From positions 1 to 64,000 of IMG/VR virus record IMGVR_UViG_3300019360_000002: a stretch of DNA of 64,000 bases. One strand, 5' to 3'. Origin of the DNA: a virus. The stretch's first letter is position 1, and the number at the start of each line of letters is the position of its first letter. The translations under genes and the position numbers were made by a program. Below the pieces are notes generated by a model. That model made no database searches. It was not told where the DNA came from and was given only the letters and a program-made list of their open reading frames with translations. This document shows, piece after piece, positions 18,521 through 28,163 of this stretch.

Positions 18521-19161
18521 GCTACTTGGGTCTCGGACACTATAGAACGCGCGGTATGGCGGCGCTCGGCGCAACGGAGCCGCAGTTCTACGTGTACGTA
18601 CAGAAGTGGCGGGGCTACGGCAAGTCGAGCAGCTCTTCTGGTCCATCAGCAAGCAGCGCCAAGAAAGACGGACCGCCCATCAAGAAGGGACCGTACGGCA
18701 AGGTTGAGGCCGAGCAGAAAAAGAACGAGGCCAACATCGGAATCGGTGGATGGAAGCAGTACAAGGGGCCGAGGGACGGGGCTTATCACTGGACCACGGC
18801 AATGGTGGTCCCGATTGTAACAGCGACCGTGGGCGCTCCGCAGCCCACAGGCCCTTCTTCGGTTATCGGCATGCTGGTGCGCCAGCCGCAACCGATGGTG
18901 AACGGCGGGTCCGGTCCGCAAACCTCCCAACAGAGTGGTGGTGGCGGCGGCGGCGGCGGTGACGGCCCCCAGGGACCTCCGGCGGCCTCTCAGGAGGTCG
19001 AGACCGAGAACGTGGCCGTGACCGAGCAGGGACCTGTTCTGGCCACGGTCACCGGCAAGCCGCTCGCTCCGGGACAGGAAGGCATGCCGACCACGACCCT
19101 ACTCGTGATCGGCGGTGGGCTGCTCGCTGCCTACCTCCTCTTTGGAAGGAAGCGCGCATGA
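18517..19161 (+). CDS. Tail-anchored virion membrane protein (MSY family)
   Basis: MSYLGLG...poly-G...TLLVIGGGLLAAYLLFGRKRA. Confidence 0.7.
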   Translation: MSYLGLGHYRTRGMAALGATEPQFYVYVQKWRGYGKSSSSSGPSASSAKKDGPPIKKGPYGKVEAEQKKNEANIGIGGWKQYKGPRDGAYHWTTAMVVPIVTATVGAPQPTGPSSVIGMLVRQPQPMVNGGSGPQTSQQSGGGGGGGGDGPQGPPAASQEVETENVAVTEQGPVLATVTGKPLAPGQEGMPTTTLLVIGGGLLAAYLLFGRKRA

Positions 19162-19703
19162 GCTACTACAGGACCAGAGCAGTGGCCAGCCTGGATGCGG
19201 CGATCATCACGCCGCCCAAGCCCAAGCCGCTCACCGTGACACCCAGGCCGCTGTCGCCTCGCCCGCTGACGCCGGGGCCAATTGTCCGCCCGTCGCCGCT
19301 GCGTACGTTCACGAGCCCGGTGCGGACCACGATGGTTCCGCCACCGCTCGTCGTGGTGGGCATTGCGCCCAGGGCGCCCGTGCGCTTCTCGCCGGGCCAG
19401 TTTCAAATCATCGCGCCGCCGCCTTGGTCGAAGGCCCTTGTGCCGCCTCCGACGCAGCTCAATCCTGTGCCTCCGGTCGCTATGCCTTCATACGGAGGCG
19501 GCGGAGGCGGCGGCGGAGGCGGCGGGGGTGGTGGGGGCGGCGAGGAGCTGGAGACCGAGAGTGTGACCGTGACCAAAGCTGGTCCGCTTCCAACCGCCGC
19601 TCTCGTCCAGAAGCCGGGCATGTCGAACAAGACCCTGCTCATGATCGGCGGCGGTCTGGTGGCCGCCTACCTCCTGTTCGGCAAGAAGAAGAGGAGCAAG
19701 TAG
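19158..19703 (+). CDS. Pro-rich tail-anchored membrane protein (MSY family); C-terminus paralogous to the preceding gene
   Basis: Poly-G, ETESVTVT, TLLMIGGGLVAAYLLFGKKKRSK. Confidence 0.7.
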   Translation: MSYYRTRAVASLDAAIITPPKPKPLTVTPRPLSPRPLTPGPIVRPSPLRTFTSPVRTTMVPPPLVVVGIAPRAPVRFSPGQFQIIAPPPWSKALVPPPTQLNPVPPVAMPSYGGGGGGGGGGGGGGGGEELETESVTVTKAGPLPTAALVQKPGMSNKTLLMIGGGLVAAYLLFGKKKRSK

Positions 19704-19952
19704 ATGAGCTACGTTCTAAGAGGCGTAGGCGCCGGCTTCGAGAAGGAAGGCGGAGGCGGCGCTCAGTCTGCGGTGCGCGGCGAGGGCCAATCGATCTCCG
19801 CTGGCCTTCAAGCGCTTGCCACCAAGATGTTCGGCAACCAGCCCGGCCCGAGTGGTGGCGGTGGCGGTATGCTCAAGAGCCCGATCGTGCTCGGGGGCGG
19901 TGCCTTGGCCCTCTTCCTCTACCTGCGGTCGCGCAAGAAGCGAGGCAGGTAA
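19704..19952 (+). CDS. Small tail-anchored membrane protein (MSY family)
   Basis: MSYVLRGVG (identical to the 17639 start)...IVLGGGALALFLYLRSRKKRGR. Confidence 0.7.
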   Translation: MSYVLRGVGAGFEKEGGGGAQSAVRGEGQSISAGLQALATKMFGNQPGPSGGGGGMLKSPIVLGGGALALFLYLRSRKKRGR

Positions 19953-20312
19953 ATGGGCTACATCAAGGATGGACGCCTGAGCGGTCTCGGCGCTGTCACC
20001 TTAGTGCGCGACCACAGGGCCGGCGCCAAGGCCACCGAGTACGTGCAGCGAGAAGGCGAGACGCGTGCCCAGGCGACGGCCAGGGCCTACGCCGATCCCG
20101 CTGCGGCGGCGGCCGAGGCTGCGCAATACAAGCCCGGCTATAAGCCCCCAGCGGCGCCCAAGGGCGGCGAGAGCGGTAGCAGCGAAGGCGGCGGTGCACC
20201 GCTTGCGCCCCAGACCTCGTTCTTCGGCATCCCGGGCACCTACCTCCTTCTCGGAGGCGCGGGTCTGCTCGCACTTCTACTTTTGCGTCGCAAGAAGTCG
20301 GCGGCGCAGTAA
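19953..20312 (+). CDS. Tail-anchored membrane protein (MGY start)
   Basis: MGYIKDGRLSGLGA...YLLLGGAGLLALLLLRRKK. Confidence 0.7.
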   Translation: MGYIKDGRLSGLGAVTLVRDHRAGAKATEYVQREGETRAQATARAYADPAAAAAEAAQYKPGYKPPAAPKGGESGSSEGGGAPLAPQTSFFGIPGTYLLLGGAGLLALLLLRRKKSAAQ

Positions 20313-20337
20313 CATAGCGGCAATCCTGGAGGAAATC

Positions 20338-20799
20338 ATGCCCAAGTCGCGAGCGTTCGATCCCGAGAAGGAAGAGCTGAATCTCATCGCCGGAGATGGC
20401 CTGGTACGGACACAAGGGTCGATGGAGAAAGGCATCGCGTCCACGACCCGTCTCACCCAGAACGCTTTCGCTCACCCGATGATCCGCTACTCGGGCCGGT
20501 ACGGCGAGTTCGTGCTGGAGGGCGACCTCTACCAGATGCCGGTTTCGGCTGGCAAGTCCGAGCTGATGCTGCACATCATCTGCCCGGTGTGCTCGACGCC
20601 GGAGAAGCCGCACGCGCTACGCATCGTGTCGTCGAGGAAGAAGATGGAGTACGACAACACGCGCGGCATCTCGGTCGAGACCTTCGGTTGTACCTGGGAG
20701 CTGCCCGAGGCTGGAAACACGCCCGGTGCCTTGAAGTTCGGCATGGGCCTGTGCAAATGGCGAGTCGCAATCGAGAACAATCGCGCTCACGACGCATAA
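20338..20799 (+). CDS. Hypothetical protein with possible Zn-binding Cys
   Basis: GGAGG RBS; CPVC...C...C. Confidence 0.65.
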   Translation: MPKSRAFDPEKEELNLIAGDGLVRTQGSMEKGIASTTRLTQNAFAHPMIRYSGRYGEFVLEGDLYQMPVSAGKSELMLHIICPVCSTPEKPHALRIVSSRKKMEYDNTRGISVETFGCTWELPEAGNTPGALKFGMGLCKWRVAIENNRAHDA

Positions 20800-20833
20800 C
20801 ACGCCGTCCTAGGATGGCGAGGAGACCCGGCCT

Positions 20834-23281
20834 ATGGCCAACTTGTTCCTAGCCATCCCTGTACCCTCCGCCGACGGGCCTGGCGCGGCCGTCAACATCT
20901 CGGCGTTCGGCTGGGTCAAGTCGTTTTCGGTCGTCGGAAACCTCATCGGCAACATCACGCTTGAGATCTCGAACGACAACATCACCTGGAACCCGATCGC
21001 CACGCTGGTGGTCCCAGGCGACATCTGCACCTCGTTCGCGTCCATGTTCGTGCGCGCCAACGTCGCCGGCTACGTTTCTGGCGCAGCCATCATGGCAGTC
21101 GGCTCCGACGACGCAGGCACGCTCACCGCCGCCGTTTCAGTACCGCCCGGCAACGGCACGGGCGCACCTGTCAACATCTCGGCGTTCGGCCAGAAGAAGA
21201 CCGTTCTCTACAGCGGCGGTACGATGTACACCGACCTTACCGTCATCGTGGAAATCAGCGAAGACGGTGTGACGTTCTCGGAGCTGGCCTCCTTCTCCGG
21301 GCCGGTTCCGGCTGCACGCTCGTTCGAGTGCTCGCTCCAGTCTATCCGCACCACCGTTATCGGCTTTGTAAGCGGCGTGGTCACGGTGAGCGTATCGGCG
21401 GTGAACGATCCCGCATCGGGCTCGGACACGCTCCAGCAGGCATACGACGCCTCGACCGGGGTGCCTGTCGACATCCAGCTCTCCGTGGTCAACGGTGGTA
21501 TTCGCATCCTGGGCGCTCCCGGCGTGCCGGACCCGCTATTCGCTGTCGTCGACAATGCCGGCAACATCGCACTCGCGGTGCAGAGCGCACCGGCCAGCGC
21601 CGTTGTGATTCGCAATCTCACGCTAAACGACGGCGGCACCGCCGCATTCCTCGAAGGCGACTCAGGTTCAACCGCGCCCGTGTCGGCCGCGTCAACCGGG
21701 CGTATCCGCTACAACGAGGTCGCCCAGAAGTGGCAGATCAGCGAGAACGGGGGCGCGTACTTCTCGCTCGACGGCATCACCACGCTGCAAGAGGCGTACG
21801 ATGCCTCGGTTGGCACACCAGTCAACATCCAGCTCGCGGCAGTCAGAGGCGGCATCCGTATTCTCGATGTGGCCGCTCAGACCACGCCGTCATTCGAGGT
21901 GTCGTCCAGCGCATCCCCACAAGACTCAATCATGGTCACCCGCACATTTGCGGGCGGCGGCATCGGTATTGACGTATCGATGGCTGTCGGCACGACCGGC
22001 ACCGGCATCAACATCAGCCACAGCGGCAGCGGTGCTCCGTTCGCCATCACGCACAGCGCGGGCGCGGCCACAAGTTGGGCATTGACACGCACCCCCGGCG
22101 TGGTGACTGCCGGCACCGGGATCAACATCGTGTACGGCGCCAATACGACGGGGATAGTCGCTAATATCTCGCAGTCAGGCAGTGGCAACGTCATCCAAGT
22201 CACCAACACAGGCGCGGGCGCGATATTAAACTTGCTCGCGACGGGCGCGGGTCAGGTCGCTTCCTGGTCACACTCGGGTACCAACGCGACGCCGTTCTCG
22301 TGGAACAACAGCTCGAACACGGCCGGCGTCTCCACCTCGTGGACACGACTTCCGACGGTGGCGACGGGCGGCACGATCTTCCGTCTCAGCTCTAACATCA
22401 ACTTCACCGGCATCAGCCTTGAAATCATCTCCGGGGGCGCAGGCGGAACTGACACCGGCATCTTGATGATCATGCGCGGCAGTGGTGCCGGCGCGAGCTT
22501 TAGCGACCAGGCTCCCAACGCCCACACCGGCACGATGCTGGCGCTTCAACACAACATCACCGGGTCAACCGGACTTCTGCTTTCCATGGCAAAGAACCCG
22601 GCGGCAGCTACCGCAGGCGACCTGTGCTCAATCACAATGGGTGTTAACACGTCGGGCAACGTGTGGACAATTTCACAATCTGGTACGGGTCATGTGTTCA
22701 ACGTCACCGAGACTGCGACAGGCACCGGCCGTCTCGTCAACACGAGTTGGCTGGGCACTGGTGAAATCTGGCGCTTTACCGGCACGGCCGGCGCCATCCT
22801 CAATGTCCGCACCGTAGACGGCCGCGAGGGCATCGGCGTCGTGCCGGCCACCAACGGTACCGGCGTATCACCGCTGCTTGCCTACAAGCGCCAGGGCGCC
22901 GGCTTCGCCAACTCCGAGGGCCAGATGGCTCACGGCACAGGAACGACGGTGGGGGCGGTGAGTTCGCAGATCATCACCCTCGCCTTGCTCGACAACACCA
23001 CGTACATCCTGTGGGCCAAGGTCGCTGGGCGCGACGCAGGCGGCGTGAACCGTGGCGCGTACATCCTCGCTGCCGGAGTGTTCCGGCAGGCTGCCGGCGT
23101 AGCAACCTTCATCGACGCGGCATCACCCTCGGTGGAGTTCGTTAGCCGAACCGTCGCCGGACTCACGGCGACGTTCGACGTGTCCGGCAACAACGTGCGC
23201 GTGACCGTTACCGGCATCGCCGCCCAGACCATCCACTGGGCCGCCGACCTCTGGTACGAGCAGGTGACTACAAGTGCGTAA
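20834..23281 (+). CDS. Spike/receptor-binding-like protein 1
   Basis: N-terminal tandem repeat (VP..G.GA.VNISA.G..K...EIS.DG); TLQ.AYDAS repeats; G/T/S/N-rich beta-repeat stalk. Confidence 0.65.
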   Translation: MANLFLAIPVPSADGPGAAVNISAFGWVKSFSVVGNLIGNITLEISNDNITWNPIATLVVPGDICTSFASMFVRANVAGYVSGAAIMAVGSDDAGTLTAAVSVPPGNGTGAPVNISAFGQKKTVLYSGGTMYTDLTVIVEISEDGVTFSELASFSGPVPAARSFECSLQSIRTTVIGFVSGVVTVSVSAVNDPASGSDTLQQAYDASTGVPVDIQLSVVNGGIRILGAPGVPDPLFAVVDNAGNIALAVQSAPASAVVIRNLTLNDGGTAAFLEGDSGSTAPVSAASTGRIRYNEVAQKWQISENGGAYFSLDGITTLQEAYDASVGTPVNIQLAAVRGGIRILDVAAQTTPSFEVSSSASPQDSIMVTRTFAGGGIGIDVSMAVGTTGTGINISHSGSGAPFAITHSAGAATSWALTRTPGVVTAGTGINIVYGANTTGIVANISQSGSGNVIQVTNTGAGAILNLLATGAGQVASWSHSGTNATPFSWNNSSNTAGVSTSWTRLPTVATGGTIFRLSSNINFTGISLEIISGGAGGTDTGILMIMRGSGAGASFSDQAPNAHTGTMLALQHNITGSTGLLLSMAKNPAAATAGDLCSITMGVNTSGNVWTISQSGTGHVFNVTETATGTGRLVNTSWLGTGEIWRFTGTAGAILNVRTVDGREGIGVVPATNGTGVSPLLAYKRQGAGFANSEGQMAHGTGTTVGAVSSQIITLALLDNTTYILWAKVAGRDAGGVNRGAYILAAGVFRQAAGVATFIDAASPSVEFVSRTVAGLTATFDVSGNNVRVTVTGIAAQTIHWAADLWYEQVTTSA

Positions 23282-23299
23282 GCCGCAGCGAGGTATATC

Positions 23300-23686
23300 A
23301 TGAGTCTCGGTCAGATCATCGCGGAATGGCGGGTCAACGCCGTCCTCACCGTCACGTCTATTGACAGTGCGTTCTTCCTGCCGACCGCCCCCAACAACTA
23401 CCAGATCATCGAAGTCGGACTGTGGCGTCGCCTCGCCGGCCTCGCTGGGTCGACGGTCTTCGATCTCTTACAGGGTGCGGGTGGCGCCGCTGCCGCTACG
23501 CTCTACACGTCCCCCGCCAACCGGCCCACGGTCACCGCCGCCTCGGGTAACAACCGCCTGGTGACTGCCATGTTGCCGGACATCGTAGTGGTACCTGCCG
23601 GCACCCGACTTGAGGTCAGCATCGCCGCTGTCGAGACCGGCACCCCAACCGACGCGACCTTACGCGTGCTGATGAAGCGGCTATAG
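23300..23686 (+). CDS. Small beta-rich structural protein
   Basis: 128 aa, GAGG RBS, within the spike cluster. Confidence 0.55.
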   Translation: MSLGQIIAEWRVNAVLTVTSIDSAFFLPTAPNNYQIIEVGLWRRLAGLAGSTVFDLLQGAGGAAAATLYTSPANRPTVTAASGNNRLVTAMLPDIVVVPAGTRLEVSIAAVETGTPTDATLRVLMKRL

Positions 23687-23689
23687 CTC

Positions 23690-23914
23690 ATGGCGAGCAA
23701 CCTACCACTCACGCCGTTAAGCGCCGCCTCTATGTCGCTGACATCGGATGGACTGACGTTCGCCGATGTCATCGCCATCGCCCCAGTCGCGGGCAGCCTT
23801 GGCATCGTCGTCCGCAACATCCCATCCGGCATCCGTGGTGCTCCTGATTCCTACGATCCCGCCGACGTGCTGGCGTTCTTGGAGGGCTCGAAGCAGGCCA
23901 TCCGGCTATTGTGA
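23690..23914 (+). CDS. Hypothetical protein
   Basis: 74-aa in-operon ORF. Confidence 0.45.
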   Translation: MASNLPLTPLSAASMSLTSDGLTFADVIAIAPVAGSLGIVVRNIPSGIRGAPDSYDPADVLAFLEGSKQAIRLL

Positions 23915-23937
23915 TAGGCTTGCGCTGAGGAGAAATC

Positions 23938-24231
23938 ATGGACTACAACAAAATTGAAAACTCTGCTCCCGCAATCCCGGCAACCGGCGCGCTTCCAGCG
24001 CAGGCGCCTCTCGTTCCGCCTGCGCCGCCCGAGGCTTTCTTGGTGGCCCGAGAAGACGTGCTCACCATCTTGCTCCAGCACGAACAGGAGCAGAGGCTCG
24101 CCGCTCAGACAGCGGCGCTCAAGACGGAGCAGACCCTACTGCGCCTCCAGCTGTCTCAGAAGTACGGGGTTGACTTCACCCAGTACACGATCGACACGCT
24201 AAACAACGTAGCGAAAAGGAACCCCAAATGA
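23938..24231 (+). CDS. Hypothetical coiled-coil protein
   Basis: GAGGAG RBS, 97 aa. Confidence 0.6.
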   Translation: MDYNKIENSAPAIPATGALPAQAPLVPPAPPEAFLVAREDVLTILLQHEQEQRLAAQTAALKTEQTLLRLQLSQKYGVDFTQYTIDTLNNVAKRNPK

Positions 24232-24518
24232 ATGTCGATGTCGATTACGACACCCCGGAAAAACAGCCGGATGTGACCAAGTGCGTGCTCGTCATCAGTG
24301 GCGTCGACCCCCAGGCGCTCACCGTATCCGGCGTATGCTTGCAGCAAGACGGGAGTGGCGTTACCCGGGGTTCGCCGATCCCGTTTATCAATCTGCCCGT
24401 AGGGATGGTTGGGCTCACAGCGCTCGCTGATGACACGGTGGCGGCCCTTCAGACCGAGATAAACCCGTCCACCGGCAAGCCGTACTTGCCGAAAGGCAAG
24501 ATCGTCGTCACGCCGTAG
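24228..24518 (+). CDS. Hypothetical protein
   Basis: ATGA-coupled start, 96 aa. Confidence 0.55.
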   Translation: MNVDVDYDTPEKQPDVTKCVLVISGVDPQALTVSGVCLQQDGSGVTRGSPIPFINLPVGMVGLTALADDTVAALQTEINPSTGKPYLPKGKIVVTP

Positions 24519-24542
24519 TCGCGACTCACAAGGAGCTAGCAA

Positions 24543-26456
24543 ATGGCTAACGTGTTTCTCGACATCATCGTTCCGACCTCCAACGGCCCTGGCCCAGCGG
24601 TCAACATCGCGGCTTTGGGCTACCTCAAGCGGTTCTCGATGACGGGCGTGTTCGAAGGCACCGTCAACATCGAGATCTCAAACGATGGTGTCTTGTGGTC
24701 TCCGCTCACCACCTTCGTGGCCCCCGGCGACATCAAGAAGTCGTTCGCGGCGGGCTTCGTTCGCGCCAACGTGGTCGGCTACGTGTCCGGCGCCGCCGAT
24801 CTGTCGGTCGGTTCGGACAACCCGGGCTCGGTGATCGCGCTTCTGCCGGTGCCGGCTGGCAACGGTGTCGGAGCGCCCGTGATCGTCTCGGCGATGGGTC
24901 AGAACAAGACCTTCATCTACGACGGCGGCATGGAAGCCTCCATCATCATCGAGGTGAGCCAAGACGGTGTGACCTTCTCGCAGGCGGCAGCGTTTTCCGG
25001 CATGACGCCGGCCAACGTCAACGTCTGCGGCGCCATCCAACAGGTGCGTATCCGTGTCGCCGGCTTCGTCATCGGCACGGCCGCTGTGTCGATGTGCGCC
25101 ATCGTCGACTCCAGCGGTGGCGGCGGTGGCAGCGCCGGAGCCTTCGTTCCGATGGCCGGGCCGTTCCTCATTGGAGCCGGCACGCCCACGCGCTCTGGCG
25201 TCGGCATCTACGTGAACCCGATCGATCCGACGGCTGCCGACGACGGTAACCCGAGCACGCCCAAGCTCACCATCCAGGGCGCGCTCGACTCGATGACGCC
25301 GCAGGCCGGCGACGCGATCGAGGCGCAGAAGAGCTACACCATCTTCGTCGCGCCCGGCTGCTATGACGCCGACATCAGCATCCCCAACAGCGTGTTCGCC
25401 TGGGCGATCAAGGTGACCCTCGTCGCACTCGGGCACGTCACCATCGGCGACGGTGTGAACCCTGACGGCTCGTCCACGGTGCCGCGTAACGTGTTCTGGT
25501 CCACCGTGGGTACCGGCGAGTTCGGCTCCGAATCGTACGTCTCGTTCACCGCCCTCGATCCAGACGTGGCCTTCGGCGGCCCTCCCCCCGTACCGACTTG
25601 CTGGCGCGTCTCGGGCGACATCGTAGTTTCAGCCGTGGCCTTCGGAGGTGATCCGCCTGCGCCTGGTGGCCCGGCTGGTCCCCACACGCTGTGGCTCCAT
25701 TCGATGCGCGTCGACGGCGGCATGAACACAACCACCGACTCGCCGACCATCCGCTTCGTCTTCAGCGATGTGATCATCGTGGGCGACGCGATCTGCTTCA
25801 CCGGTCCGCTTCTCCAAGCAGAACACGTATCCTTCTTCGGCGCCGCCCACTTCGCTGGTTGCGGCCTCGTCGAGAACAGCAACTTCCTTGGCGCGCTCAC
25901 CAACTTCGAGGGCGGCTCTGTTCTCGCGGGTAGCGGAATGTTCGGGTGTCAAATCACCCTGAACCTCACCATCGCAGGCGGCGGTGTCATCTTCGTCGAC
26001 GCCGTTACCAACAAGAATCTCGTCACCAACGGCGTGGTCGTAGTCGGCGGCGGCATGAAACTTCCAGCGCACGACGACCAAACGGTGATGTTCTGGGGCA
26101 ACACCGATGTCGGCGCGGCTGCGGACACTCGCTTCCTCACACCCGGTTACGATACGGGGACTGCCAGTCTCACCAACGACAAGGAACTCGGTAACGGCGG
26201 CACCAAGACCGCGTACTGTCTCGAAGGCCGGCACAACAACCCGGACGCTTCGGGCTTCAACGTCGTCTACACCCTGGTCGTGGACGGGGTTCCGTCCCTG
26301 CTCACGCTCACGCTGCCGGCCGGGGCGCCAGCGGGCAACAGCGCGCTTGTGAACGTCGATCTCGCCAGCGCCACCAAAATCTCCCTCCAAGCTGTGAAGA
26401 CCGGCGCGCTCGTCGACGGTCTCCTCGGCGCGACCATCACCCTGCGCGGCTACTAG
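24543..26456 (+). CDS. Spike/receptor-binding-like protein 2 (possible beta-helix domain)
   Basis: Same N-terminal module as 20834; IYVNP...DDGNPSTPKLTIQGALD...IFVAPGCY resembles a beta-helix cap. Confidence 0.65.
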   Translation: MANVFLDIIVPTSNGPGPAVNIAALGYLKRFSMTGVFEGTVNIEISNDGVLWSPLTTFVAPGDIKKSFAAGFVRANVVGYVSGAADLSVGSDNPGSVIALLPVPAGNGVGAPVIVSAMGQNKTFIYDGGMEASIIIEVSQDGVTFSQAAAFSGMTPANVNVCGAIQQVRIRVAGFVIGTAAVSMCAIVDSSGGGGGSAGAFVPMAGPFLIGAGTPTRSGVGIYVNPIDPTAADDGNPSTPKLTIQGALDSMTPQAGDAIEAQKSYTIFVAPGCYDADISIPNSVFAWAIKVTLVALGHVTIGDGVNPDGSSTVPRNVFWSTVGTGEFGSESYVSFTALDPDVAFGGPPPVPTCWRVSGDIVVSAVAFGGDPPAPGGPAGPHTLWLHSMRVDGGMNTTTDSPTIRFVFSDVIIVGDAICFTGPLLQAEHVSFFGAAHFAGCGLVENSNFLGALTNFEGGSVLAGSGMFGCQITLNLTIAGGGVIFVDAVTNKNLVTNGVVVVGGGMKLPAHDDQTVMFWGNTDVGAAADTRFLTPGYDTGTASLTNDKELGNGGTKTAYCLEGRHNNPDASGFNVVYTLVVDGVPSLLTLTLPAGAPAGNSALVNVDLASATKISLQAVKTGALVDGLLGATITLRGY

Positions 26457-26490
26457 TTGCGAGTCACAACGTACTGAAAGGAGATTCTCG

Positions 26491-27858
26491 ATGGCAAACG
26501 CGTTTCTGAACATTCCAGTCCCTGCCGGCAACGGCGCAGGCGCACCCGTCGACACCTCGGCGCTGGGCTACGACAAGCTGTTCTCGCTGGTGGGGGCGTT
26601 CGAAGCGACGATCAACATCGAGATCTCAAACGACGGCGTGAACTGGGTCCAGCTCACCACGCTCACTGTCGCGAACGACATCCGAAAGCCGTTCGCGGCG
26701 CTGTTCATCCGCGCCGTTGTCTCAGGCTACCAATCAGGCGCCCCTGTTCTCTCCGTCGGTTCGGCCGATAGCACGGCCTCCAACATGGCCGCGCTGCCGG
26801 TACCCGTGGTTGACGGCGTGGGCGCCCCTGTAGACGTGTCCATCTTCGGGCAACAGAAGACCATCCTCTACGCCGGGCTCGTGGCCTCGGTCACCATCGA
26901 GATCAGTCAAGACGGCGTGACCTTCTCGCAGGCGGCCTCGTTCTCCGGTCCGGTGCCGGCGAGCGTGAACTACTCGGGCGCGATCCGCTTCATGCGTGTG
27001 CGCGTAATGGGCCTGGTGAGTGGCACGGGCGTGGTGTCGGTGTGCGCGACCAAGGACGTGGGCGCGGCGGCAGCCTCCTCCATCCTGTGGGCTCCTGGCG
27101 GGGGAGGCGACGCCACGACCTGGGCCGAAGTCATGGGCTTCGTCGACGCTGCGAACGCGCCCATCACCATCTACGTGAACGCCAGCGCAACGATCCCGGT
27201 TGGCACCTACGAGCTTCACGGCTCCACGCTGGCCGCCGATCCGTCTTTCTCGGCCAGGGTAGTCACGTTCGCCGACGGCGCAGTGTTGAACAACCTGGGG
27301 CAGCTCTCTGGTCAACTCATCCTGGAAGGCACACAAACAGGCGGTCCGTGTCTTACCTTTGACGCGGCACCGCCAGGCACACCGAATTGTCTAATCCTTC
27401 ATTTCACTCCCACCCTACGCAACAGTGGTATGGGACCGATGATCGAAGTGCCGGCTGGCGGGTTCTTCATCTTCGCGTGTCTTTTCAACGGCACGTACGA
27501 ATCAGGACCCGGCCAACCGCTCGCCAATCTGGGAGCAGGCGGCGTGTTTCTCATCGGCGCGTTCGGGTCGAGCCCGTTCGCCAACGACTTCCTCACCGGT
27601 CCAGTAGGATCGACACTGCTCTACCAGAACTTCGGTGGTATGCAATCTCCGCTACCGACGAACGCAGGCTTTCTCGGCACCACGCTCCAGAACATCCTAT
27701 TCGGCGCGTCGTGCGTGAATGTAGCTGCGCGGCCGGTGAACCCATTTGGCGCGCTCAACGTCGGGACATCGGTCTTCGACCAGAGCCTCGGTGTCACCGG
27801 CCAGCCCATCTGGTGGGACGGCACGCAGTGGGTCGACGCGACCGGAGCCCCGGCGTAG
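26491..27858 (+). CDS. Spike/receptor-binding-like protein 3
   Basis: Same N-terminal module; C-terminal FDQSLG..QPIWWDGTQWVDATG as seen in phage fibre/spike proteins. Confidence 0.65.
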   Translation: MANAFLNIPVPAGNGAGAPVDTSALGYDKLFSLVGAFEATINIEISNDGVNWVQLTTLTVANDIRKPFAALFIRAVVSGYQSGAPVLSVGSADSTASNMAALPVPVVDGVGAPVDVSIFGQQKTILYAGLVASVTIEISQDGVTFSQAASFSGPVPASVNYSGAIRFMRVRVMGLVSGTGVVSVCATKDVGAAAASSILWAPGGGGDATTWAEVMGFVDAANAPITIYVNASATIPVGTYELHGSTLAADPSFSARVVTFADGAVLNNLGQLSGQLILEGTQTGGPCLTFDAAPPGTPNCLILHFTPTLRNSGMGPMIEVPAGGFFIFACLFNGTYESGPGQPLANLGAGGVFLIGAFGSSPFANDFLTGPVGSTLLYQNFGGMQSPLPTNAGFLGTTLQNILFGASCVNVAARPVNPFGALNVGTSVFDQSLGVTGQPIWWDGTQWVDATGAPA

Positions 27859-27872
27859 AATAGGAGATTGCG

Positions 27873-28163
27873 ATGCGCAATAACAGCTCGCCTGAAGAAC
27901 ACGCGCGCCGCGCCACCGAGGCAGAACGCAAGCTGGCAATCGAGGCCAGCTACTTCGACTCCTCGCGCATGGCGTACGCCGGCCTCACCCACTACGAGCT
28001 GTTTTGTCTGGAGCTGGGCGTGCTCGACGAGTGTTTGCGTTCAACAGGCAGCGTTACCGCCGTTGACGAAGCTCGCCTCGCCAGGTGGAACAAGGTCCGC
28101 GAAGTGATGCACATGAAGCTGAGACAAGCGCTCGGAAACAACGTCATGCCGGGACAGCGCTGA
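27873..28163 (+). CDS. Hypothetical protein
   Basis: AGGAG RBS, 96 aa. Confidence 0.55.
   Translation: MRNNSSPEEHARRATEAERKLAIEASYFDSSRMAYAGLTHYELFCLELGVLDECLRSTGSVTAVDEARLARWNKVREVMHMKLRQALGNNVMPGQR

Noticed and set aside
19496-19541. GGC-rich tandem repeat
   Set aside because: Simple poly-Gly linker coding sequence
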